Shown here: piece by piece, positions 26,001-36,089 of the stretch
How the letters are laid out: each line of letters opens with the position of its first letter
Numbering within the stretch: the first letter of the stretch is position 1
The notes under the pieces: generated by a model
Seen by the model: only the letters and a program-made list of their open reading frames with translations
Told to the model about the DNA's origin: nothing
The model's database searches: none
Made by a program: the position numbers and the translations under genes
NCBI GenBank assembly: GCA_043228905.1
Contig: JBHGNT010000018.1
Location: forward strand, 8,246,001-8,310,000
Source of the DNA: Azolla caroliniana
Lineage: Eukaryota > Plantae > Polypodiophyta
Length of the DNA stretch: 64,000 bases
Direction of reading: 5' to 3'

Positions 26001-28475
26001 GCCCGTTCAGTTTCGGCGTCTTCGGCACAGTAAACTCGAGCCGGATTCCCTTCGAGCGACAATACTCCTCGAACTGCCCCCGGTATTCCCCTCCGTTATC
26101 CGCTCGTATCGCTTTCAGCTTCTTGCCGGATTCCCTTTCCACTCTCGCGTGGAGTTCTTTGAAGACGCACAACACTTGGTCCTTTGTCTTCAACGGTGCC
26201 GTCCACAGCTTCCTGCTGTGGTCATCAATGAATGTCACGAAGTACTGGGCTCCGCCATGTGACTTCGTTTCTACTTGACACACGTCAGTGTGCACCAACT
26301 CCAATGGTGCGCTACGTCTCGTTGGTGGCCTTGAGTGGAAGGAGGTTCTGTTCTGCTTACCGACCAGGCAATCAGTGCACTTCTCCAGGTGCACATGCTT
26401 CACTGGAATAAGGTTGTCTTCTGCAAGGCTCTTCATCCCCTTCTCACTCATGTGGCACAGTCTCTTGTGCCACAGCTCACCGGCAGTGTCGGCTGCCACG
26501 TTCAACTCCTCCGGACACAACCAGGCATTCATAAGGTACAGTGTGTTGACTTTCCGGGCCCGAGCCACTATCAGGCTCCCCTTGCTGAACTTCATTACGC
26601 CGTTCCGGATGCTACCTGTGTAGCCTTCATCGTCTAGCCTCCCGGCCGAAATCAGGTTCAATCGAACCTCCGGAACGTGTCGGACATCCTTCAGCAACAT
26701 TTTGCATCCGGTCGAGGTTGTCAACCACACGTCTCCTATGTCGGTAATCCGGCACGTATCTTCATTTCCCATCCGAATACTGCCAGGCTCACCGGCTATG
26801 TAGGATGAGAAGTATCTTCTTTCCGGGGTCAGGTGGAACGACGCTCCGGAATCGACCACCCAGGTAGTCTCATCGCCGGCAATGTTTAGTTCACCTTCTT
26901 CAGTGATGAGCATGATCTCCTCTTCACTTGCCGCGAGTGCCGTCACTCCTTTCCGGTCCTGCGCTCGCCGATCCGAACCATTCCGGTCCGTGGCTCCCCG
27001 GTAAGCACCGTTCCGTTCCGAAGACTTCTTCGAATCGGTGTCGTCGGCTCCGTTGTCTTTTCGGTAATGCCGACAATTCTTTCGGAAGTGCCCCGGCTTC
27101 CCACAGTGGAAGCATGTGGGCCTTCCTCTTGACTGCGACCGGGTCCCCGACTTCTCCCGTCTTTGCGGACTCCGGTTCCGTTGTCTTCCCCGATCCGATT
27201 CGGTAAGCAGCATCTTCGGATCGGAGGCCGGTTCTTTATCTCTCCGACGCGCTTCTTCGTTCAAAATGCTTGTCTTTACCGTTTGTAGGGACAAGTTATC
27301 TTCGGTGCAGGAGGTGCTGAGAGTCACCACCAAGTTCTCCCAGCTTTCCGGCAATGTACACATCAGCATGATGGCTTGCATTGCATCCTCCAACGGGAAC
27401 TTGATCGCCGCAAGCTAGTTCACGAATCCCATGAACGTGCTCACGTGTTCCACCATACTCTCGCCGTCCCGGTACTTGAGGTTCACTATCTTCCTCATTA
27501 GGGAGGTCCGGTTCAACGCATTCTTCCTCTCGTAGAGGCCCGACAGCTTATGCCACATCTCATATGCGTTGGTGTCGTTCGCCACATGTTGTAGAACGCT
27601 CACGTCGACGTATTGCCGAATGGTTGCAACGGCTTTCCGGTTCAGAAGCCTCCATTCCGTCTCAAGTACCCCCTTGGGTATTTCCGACCTGTCGATCGGT
27701 TCATACAGGTCCCGAACAATGAGCAGATCCTCCATCTTTATCTTCCAGTCGGCGTAGTTCTGCGCATTTAGCACTATCATCCCCGGCTGCCCGCTGCTGC
27801 CGCCTTCCATTTTCTGCACTGCAGTCGCTCTGATACCAGATTGTTAGGAATTGACGCTTTCCAAACCTTCAGCTCTCGACCACAACCGAGGAAACACGAA
27901 TCAATGCAGCAGAAAAACGAAAACACAGAGAGAGACTCGAATGCACAGGGTTTAGCGTGGAAAACCCTAGACGGGAAAAAACCACGGGAGTGCAAGACTC
28001 CAACTATCACTATACGTAGAGAATGTACAATGGCGAGCTGCAAGGCGACGACCTTGAGCTCGCTGTCCTCGCCACAGGCGGCGGTATTACACAGAGGCGT
28101 CGACCTCTTCCTTTCTCTCTCTCTCACTCTCTCTCTCGGCTGCTCTCACTTCGCTCCCTCTAAGTGGAAAACAGAAAAATGAGCAACAACAACAAAACTG
28201 TTTGCCCTAAGTCATATTTATACACATATGACTTTCGGGCTATTTACAAATATAGCCTCGAGGGCTCTTGGCAAACATATTCACAAATATGTCCCCGCAT
28301 CCGGATCTCTCTCCGGGTACATTCGTCATCCGGCTCCGTAGCCGGGTCTTCATCATCCGGATCCGAAACCGGGTCTTCACCATCCGGTTCCGATACCGGG
28401 TACTCCTCATTCGGGTCTTCATTCCCGATTCCCGGACATCTGACCATCCCATCCGGAGGGACCATAATCCCAACA
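23093..28475 (-). mobile_element. Copia A2: full-length, near-intact Tork/Tnt1-like element
   Basis: LTRs 23093-23726 and 27842-28475 (about 13 differences by eye); perfect TSD GTAGC; PBS tRNA-iMet 27827-27838; PPT 23727-23736. Confidence 0.98.
23737..27810 (-). CDS. A2 Gag-Pol polyprotein with a single premature TAG at 27415-27417
   Basis: ORFs 27415..27819 and 23737..27393 are in the same frame. CFHCGKPGHFRKNC, VDSGAS, HHCC, D-D-E, LLYVDD and RNase H motifs are all present. Confidence 0.95.
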
Positions 28476-30073
28476 GTAGCTAATTAACTGTTACACTATT
28501 GAACCATAACATCTAAATAGCTACCACACTTTAGCTCATTCGCTAAGATGTAACTAATTAGCTACTACATTATAGAGACAAGCAACAATTTTACCTGTCA
28601 GTGTTCTCCACTCATCTGGGAGAGCTGTATTGCAATCCCCCAAACAAACTGTAGTAATACGACAGGCATATTGAAAACAAACGATATGGTATGTGTGATG
28701 GCATGGTCGTAGGTGTACCAATAGAGTAGCAATTTTATCCTCCACGCCTAAGCCACAAGCGATCCAACGTGCTTGAACAATCAATATATCGTTGCCTGGT
28801 TCTCCTTCGTTTAGTAAGGGAGCAAGAATGTTGAGGTCCAATTCTTGTCTACTCTTTACCATCCCCTCCACAAAATGTAGCTGCTTCTTAAGGTAGCTAA
28901 CTACCTGTTCTTGATGGGAGTGTTGTTACTAGAACACAACCGAGCAGTTTCCAATTTATCATTCCATAATGAGGGAGATAAGAAAAAAAAGATACAAGAA
29001 TCATTAACTTGGAGGTTCTCCAAATTGTAATTAGCGACAATATTTACACCGAGAAGGTCCAGGTTCATTGAAAGAACCTGGATCTCTCTCTGCAATTGTA
29101 TTTTCCGTTGGGGATCCAGCGGCTCCTCAATTTCGAGCTCATGTTGAGCAACCTATTCCAGATAATGGCAAAACAATAGCTACCTGAATCTTATTTTTGA
29201 TTGTTGTCACTACCAAAGTGACTTTGCTCTCCATCGCAACAACCTCTAATGTCTCACAGGCTTCATGGACATTTTTCAGCATATAGCTAATGAATGTCTC
29301 ACCTCTATCATCAACATTGCCTTTCATTGTGTTTCGGTGTGGTGTATACTTCCGGGTTTGTTGGGAGTCAGGAGTTGCATCATCAACTGTCATGCTCCAG
29401 AATCTTGCCATTTTTTGTTGCAAGCTCGCCATCTTCTGACATCGTTCTATCGATGTCTCACCATAAATAGCCCAAGCTACCCTGTACATTTCAGGGTCTA
29501 TTGCTTCCTTCGTTGTTTTGCAATACTCGTATGCAAGAGCTCTCGCGAATGCAACTGACAAATCGTTGTTGACCGGGATCTCTTGATGTACTTTCTAGTG
29601 GAGCCTCATGTAGTCGTCACATAGCTCCGATCGTACATGCTTGAGCTTCACTTGCCTTTCACTCTGGGCACTTTATGGACCGATAACTAGTCTACATCAC
29701 TAATCAATTTATATGTTAGAATTGCAGGATCAATACCCTCTAGTGACAGACCAGATATATTGTTAAAGTCCTCTTTTGTCTCGCAAAACTTTGCAAAGTT
29801 CAACACTCTAGGATATGGAGGAATGCGCCACCTGAAATAAAAAATCAATACATGTTACCTCTGCTCTACTGGGACATGTGTATTTAGAACGATGATTGGC
29901 AGGGAAGAATCAAAAATAAAAAATCAGCTACATTCACCCAAATCCTAAATCAAAATTGGGGAAAGTTTGCCAGCACACAACCATTGAAATCAGAAATGTG
30001 AATTGGTGCAAAATTCCAACACTAAATGTGAACATTTCAACAATAATAAGAAATCAACTGCTTAAAAAATCAG

Positions 30074-30325
30074 AAACCCTATTTAGAAACTTTAATCAGA
30101 AGCCCTAATAAGAACCGTAATCAGAAATCAATCGCTTAAGGAAATCAAAAACCCTAATCAAAAACCCAAATCAGAAATCATCCGTTTAAGGAAATTAGGA
30201 ACCCTAATCTGAAATATGTATGAAATCAACCCTAATCAAATTTTTGTGAATAAAAAACACAGTTGCTGCTAAACCCGATCTTTGAGACATCCTTGTTTGG
30301 GACTCCAACGATTTCGCCCTAATCG
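30074..30325. promoter_or_regulatory. Cluster of telo-box-like (AAACCCTA) motifs in the first intron/leader of the accessory gene
   Basis: Several aaaccctaat/aaccctaat variants interspersed with cagaaatca; not a tandem telomere array. Confidence 0.45.
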
Positions 30326-30767
30326 TTTTTTATAAAACATGAACAACCAGGAATTTTAAATGTGTAACTGATACGTACCTGGACGAGGATCGAACTGGTG
30401 GTGTGTTGTAGCTCTGAAGGTGCAATGTCGATATTAGAGTTTTTGTGCTGCTGCAGGAGCTTCGTCCACGTTCATGCTCAAAGTACTCCATCTGTTTGGA
30501 TTTCAAACTCAAACTCAGGATTAACAAGAATTTGGTGACATTCAAGTCGAGTTTAGATGAAGGCAGTGTTCTTGAAGTTCCACTACATTAGATACGAAAG
30601 TTCAAATTTTTGAGTATTCTCATAAATTAAATGACATATATTTAACTAATAAAGCATAAAATTTTGTAAATGATTCTTATGATTTGCCCACAAAAAACTA
30701 GCTAAACAAATAGCTAAATAGCTATGCCCATTTTATCAGCTAATTAGCTATAATAGTGTTTCCACTC

Positions 30768-30872
30768 ACATGCTTTTACCCATATCGCATCTTTGACTTC
30801 CAAACTGAATAGTTGGAGTCGATTAGCTTGAACATTCCTTCGATATGTTCATCCATCGCTCTGATACCACTT
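30768..30872 (-). mobile_element. Copia D fragment: PBS and gag N-terminus of a C-like element; target of the DNA transposon
   Basis: PBS complement gctctgatacca 30858-30869; MDEHIEGMFKLIDSNYSVWKSKMR is homologous to C gag. Confidence 0.85.
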
Positions 30873-32780
30873 TGTTGAGTATAACTGTTTATCTTGGGCT
30901 AGACCTTAGCCACAACACAATGTATTCCCGTTCGGAATATTCCCTAAAGGTGTGGTTGGGAAGATGCATTAGTACACATACAATCATAGATAATCCGGTT
31001 ATGTATGTTGAGAATCGAACTCAACTTCCCATAGAGATGGTGTTCACACTAGCTAGTGGACATCATACTAGGCTAGATTTGTAATTAGTAGAAAGGGCAC
31101 TTGCCCTAGATTAGTTGGTATTTAAACCAACCTTTTGTAACTTACTATTGGATGTAATTCTATTTTTACTAATATAGCTTCTTGCTCAAACTCTCTCTCT
31201 TTCTCTCTCTCTCTAAATTTTCCGAATATTTGCTTGCAATTTCCCAAATTTATGAGAAGGTTATATGTTGTGTGCGCATGAGAGATAAACTTCCAGATTT
31301 TTTCAAAAGCACTATTGGTGTTAAGCAAGGATGCCCACTCTCACCAACACTATTTGGTCTATGCATTGATGAATTGGAAGAAATGGTTACCAAGTTTGCA
31401 AAGGAAGAATGTGTTGAAGAAGTTGTCATTGGGAATGTTGTGATTATGCTTTTGCTATATGTAGATGATGTAGTGCCTTTTGTAAATAATTTAGGAGATT
31501 GACAAAAGCTTATGAAGGCATTGGAAATTTTTTGCATGCATACTAAATTAAGTGTCAATAGCTCTAAAACAAAGATTATGCTTGTGAAGAGCCAAAAAAG
31601 AGATAAACCATGCATTATGTACAACAATGAGCGACTTGAATGTGTGGAAAGCTTCAAATATCTTGGCCTTGAAGTTCCTTCAAATCATAGATGGAATGAA
31701 TGTGCTACACGCTGCTTAGAGGCGGGTAAGCGAGCATACTATGCATTTAAGAACACATGCAATCTTGGAGATATTAAGTGTTGGGTCCTCAAGAAATATC
31801 TTTTCGACACTTTCCTGACACTGATTCGTCTCTATGGGGTGAAAGTATGGGGTGGTAGCATCCCTAAACCAATGTAGAAAGCATTTGAAAATGTCCAAAA
31901 TCATTTTCTTACAAAGTTTCTACAAGTTAAGAAACAAACGCCCTACACCCTCCTCCTTGAGACGGGATCGGACGAGATCGCTTCCCATTGAGATCATGGC
32001 CATGGAAAGGGTTGTTGAATACATGCTTAAGGTTCAAAAAAGTCCCTCATATCGACTTCCTAGAATTGCATGGGAAGCAAGCAAAAAGATCCAAATGACG
32101 CATAAAAGCAAAATTTTGTGTTCCGGTTGGATGCAAGATATAGAAAAATGGTTTGGTAGATGGGATGCGAGACACTTGCTTCATGATGCATCATTAGATT
32201 CCTTTGTAAATGAGGCCTTTTTGCAACGCCAATTTATCATGACATGGGACAAATGTGGAGGCTCACGCTTCACACATTATATTACACATGTTGCACCTAA
32301 CTACAAAACCATATCCTTTGCGGAACGGGGAAATCATACACATCGATACATGTTATAGCCCATACCGTTATCTGCCATTCGAACCATTGCTTTCATGCGA
32401 CTTAGCTCACATGCATTGTGATGTGAGACAAGGCGTTGGGGCACAAGTGATAAGAGTGGTCGGCTATGCACACTTTGCCCTAAACAAGTTTGCGAGTCTG
32501 AGTATCACACTTTGCCCTAAACAAGTTTGCGAGTCTGAGTATCACACTTTGATATAATGCTCTACCTTTGATCAAATTTGACCATGCTTTCCACATCTCT
32601 TCGATCGAGCCCAATGCTTGCATGAATTCCTCTCACAACCACAACGTGCACTCTCGATTGCAACATTCATTGGTAAATTTCTTGAACATCGAGAGTCACT
32701 ACTCACTTTCACACGTATCACGTGAAATGTAATATTTTTGGCCTCATAGGTCATATTTGACCTCCAAAGACGATAATATA

Positions 32781-32812
<32 letters not shown>

Positions 32813-32940
32813 CTTGCCTTACGTGTACTCACACACACACACACACACAGAATTCACTTCTGTTGCATAGCACCACCTACGTCTCTCCTTCTTCACATGG
32901 TATTTGAGAGTGTGATTATCTTATCAAACTCGCTCAACTA
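30873..32940 (+). mobile_element. Element E: 5' LTR (30873-32897, split by a LINE) plus degenerate PBS
   Basis: TGTTGAG start, tatttaaa and CT-rich tract on +, ends cttcttcaca followed by tggtatttgagag (iMet-PBS-like). Confidence 0.6.
31215..32812 (+). mobile_element. 5'-truncated non-LTR retrotransposon (LINE, RTEX/L1-like) with an (ATCT)n tail
   Basis: GVKQGCPLSPTLF, LLYVDD, FKYLG; C-terminal Cys/His region (GRWG..LCTLC..ESEYH) with a 37-bp tandem duplication at 32469-32551; (atct)n at 32781-32812. Confidence 0.9.
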
Positions 32941-33519
32941 TGTTGTGAACACAACATTGACGATTGTCAGAACCGGTTCAAGCAACCGGTTCATGAATAA
33001 CTGTTACCGATTAGGAACACGGTCTACAGTCAGTCCTTTGACGTAGACCTCAAAGTGACCGCATTGCAACGAATGGTACCGTCGTACCGTAAGACTTAAT
33101 GGGATACCTCCCGTATCCTAGTAGCGTATAAGGGAGACGGCTACAACCGAACTCCTTAGACCGTGCACTAGTAACCACACTGTCACTCATGCCTACGCTC
33201 TTACGATTACGCTACACCACCAAGAATCATAGACACACAGTAGATTAACCATAGATATGCACAAGGATCAGAGAAGATAGAACTCTATTAAGATACGCTT
33301 TCTGCATTCAAAATTACACGCTACCTCTATAAGATGATTTCTGTCCTTTATATACACATGGTCTTTTAGCCATTCATGCTTCCCGCGTGAACCGTTTACA
33401 TGCGTTACGTTTTTACTATATTCTATATTTCTGCGCTCCTGTCTATCGTTTACTATTCCGGTAGACAACACCTGGCACACATGTAGGACAGTGCCATGGC
33501 ACCTCGGACGCACCCCTTT

Positions 33520-36089
33520 TATCTTCCTGGAAAATGACCCTGATGTTTGGTTCTGCTCTGGTGTTCTAGTTCGGGGACGGCGTAGTGTCCGTAGGCGCAT
33601 CGTTGAGTGGTTCCACTACTTGCTCGGTAGGGCTTCCCATGGTATCGCTGGCTTCTTGTGTGGGCGGTCTGGGCTTTGCTAGCTCATCTTCTGCTATTGT
33701 GGTTCGTCCAACCGTCGGCGGGCTCGCGGTAGGTCAAGGTTCTATCTTGTCTGTAACTTCCTCCGTGGTGTCGTCCATAGTCGTACGCTCCGGGGAATGG
33801 GGCTCGGGCTCCTCTTGGTCGACGGTTTCGCTTTCTGGTATTGCGGGGGGCGCCGCTTGCCGTTCCGTGCTATCCACCGTAGTGGTTATTTCCGGTGACA
33901 TGGGCTGAGGTTCCTCTTGTTCGGCAGTATCCGGAATTGGTATCGTGATGGATTCCTCGTTTGTTCGCGTGCTGCTACCTTGCATGATATGGTGAAACAG
34001 GTCCTCTTGACTTTCGCCAAAATCGTCTAGTAGCTACGCGAGTTCCTCGGAGTGTTGGTTCGCTAGCGTGTGATAGTCCTGCACTAGGTCCTCGCGTACT
34101 GCCGCAATGTAGAACCCTCGATCGTCTTTCCTTTAGTTCTCATAGTCTACCTAGTATGTATGCAATTCCGTTGCTTGTGCGGGCCACGCCATCCAACCTT
34201 TGTCTAGCGCCTCTTTTAATTGCGTTGTAAACCTCTCCCGATTTGTTTGAAGAAGTATGCACACGGTGTCGGTTATTGCTTGGGAACGGTTCCGTGCTTC
34301 TTCTACGGTTTTCTTGAGGTTCTCGATTTCTTGTTTACTAACCGCCACCGCTTCCTCATAAGTGCTCATTCCTGCCCATAGCTGAGATTCCATCAAATGT
34401 AATTCTTCTAGCTTTCCCATTTCATTGTTCAGGCGGATTTCGAGCTGATGCCTCCTCTCCTGTTCTCCTACCAATTGCTCATTGAACCATGCTTTCTTCT
34501 TGTCTAATAACGCCCGGAGTCCCGTAATTGCCGCTTCTGATTTTTTCGCTTCTTCCCGTAATTTGGCGTTTTCTTCTTTCTGTGCGGGTGTGCTGTGCTG
34601 CCTCCGCTACGAGTTTCTCTTCAAGGATCTTCACTGCCTTTCGGCCGTTGGCCCGGATGTCCTTTTCTCTGTTCGAGGACTAGCGAAGTTCGGAGCGGAG
34701 ACGGTCAATCTCTGATTCCGCCAGTTGCACGACCCATTTTGCTTTCGAGGCAATGGTGGTTTGGGCTTGAATTTCTTCACTTAGGGGCTCGACAGTGTTG
34801 GCTGTTGGTTGAGCTGCCTGCTACATTGTAGTCGCGTTACGTTCCAACTCCGCGATGCGGAGATTGGACTTTTGTAACTCGGCTTGGCTCAGTTTAACAG
34901 TCTTCCAGACATTTTTATTTTTAATCGCCATATCCTTGGCGCCCATACTGACCTTCGCCAGTTCGCTATGAACTTCGACAAGGGCCGCGTTTAATGGGGG
35001 TAATTCCATCCCCATTTGGTGTATATCGGCGTTCCGTTGTCTGCCGACTCTGGCTAACTGCTCCTCATCATCGCTTTCCATTGTTTGTGTTAGCGCACAC
35101 TCGATCATTTGGCGCTTCGTGTGCTCCTAGGCCATTTGTTGTGTTGCCAAAAATTCCATGAGTTCAAAAGTGGTTCCGAACTGTAATAGTGCGTCGAACT
35201 CATGGGCTGTGTCCGGAATGTTGCCTTTCCCCCGTAGTGACTGGGCCGTAATGATCGGCCGTGGTTCACGGATTATTTCGAAGGTGGTGTTGGGCTTCGT
35301 AGCTATGGAGCTGTCGACCACGGTCGTCGTCTCTATGGCCGTGAGTGTGTCTTTAACTAACCCGCGCCCATCTTTCCTGTCCAGCCTCCGCCGTTTCGGC
35401 CTCGAGCTTCCTTGACTTGGCTTGACTTCTGGCTCCTCCGCGGCTTCCTCGCTATGCTCCACCCGTTCTTCCTGTGTTGTTCGTGTGTTTTTCTAGGCTG
35501 ATTGGGGTTCATCTTCCCACTCTGTGGTGGCCAACTCCGCTAACCTTCGCTTCGCGGATCATGGCGGCGGTGTGGGTTTGCTGGGCTGTAGTGCCGGTAG
35601 TCCTCGGGGTGGGAATAGTATCGTCGGATATTGTTGTATGATAGGCCTAAGCTTTTTGCCTCCTTGATATGCGTGCAAGCCTTCCCATAGCATTGGTCCC
35701 GTAATGACCCCCCAATCAATCGTGCCCCCTTCAAAGGTATCAATGATGATACCTGCCTTCTGCTTGGGCATCCCATATGCTTTTACATGTACGCATCCGA
35801 CCTCCAATAGGAACTTGGCTATTTTGCGGACAAAGCGGTGGGGGATTTCCTTCGTTCTGTATGCCTTGGCGGATGCCGAATATGGCCCGAAATATCTCTG
35901 CAAAGTTTCCGTAGGAGGAATTTCGAAATGCCTTTCTCCTAGTGATGACAGGTCAAGCTTTTTCCGGATGGATGTGTTGGTGACTGTGTCGATATTGAGC
36001 TTCCTAGCGATGTCCAGTGTGTCATGGTTGGGAGGTGCCTTGGGACTCTGATGTATCCATCCAAGCGTTTCTCCACGAGCCATCGACAC
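33520..36089 (-). pseudogene. G2 extra ORF downstream of pol (globular N-terminus, coiled coil, conserved ENRRKEG-type block, acidic tail)
   Basis: ORF pieces 35559..36089, 35127..35462, 34821..35108, 34151..34474 and 33734..33985; C-terminal block homologous to G4 and G5. Confidence 0.7.

Larger units (their letters stand above)
19535..30400 (-). pseudogene. Spliced accessory gene of the DNA transposon: unknown N-terminal domain, RING-H2-like finger, low-complexity linker, FCP1/NIF-like HAD domain
   Basis: Donor GT 30378 and acceptor AG 29832. Donor GT 28594 and acceptor AG 21752 join ORF 28554..28871 in frame to ORF 21342..21731. RING pattern at 28610-28770. ILELDKAL, RRDANQFLEWVVQYFDLFIWS (20350-20485) and FKRLSDFWHTWPEYNADNTLIV (19765-19832). 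Confidence 0.7.
15653..30767. mobile_element. Large decayed class II DNA transposon (Sola2/CMC-like DDD/E transposase plus convergent accessory gene); left end not in the window
   Basis: Transposase motifs on +, spliced second gene on -, and shared TAGCTAATTAGCTA repeats throughout. Sharp right boundary ...gtgtttccactc (terminus 5'-GAGTGGAAAC on -) against the gag of Copia D. Confidence 0.75.

Noticed and set aside
27415-27417. Programmed stop-codon readthrough in A2 gag
   Set aside because: A1 and A3 have CAG at this codon; a simple C>T mutation explains it
23842-27418. Numerous + strand ORFs over A1/A2/A3 pol
   Set aside because: Antisense shadows of a GC-rich coding frame, with no independent motifs
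30074-30325. Interstitial telomere
   Set aside because: Motifs are dispersed, not tandem TTTAGGG arrays
33520-36089. Retroviral envelope gene
   Set aside because: No signal peptide or transmembrane segment visible in the fragments; mostly coiled-coil and acidic sequence
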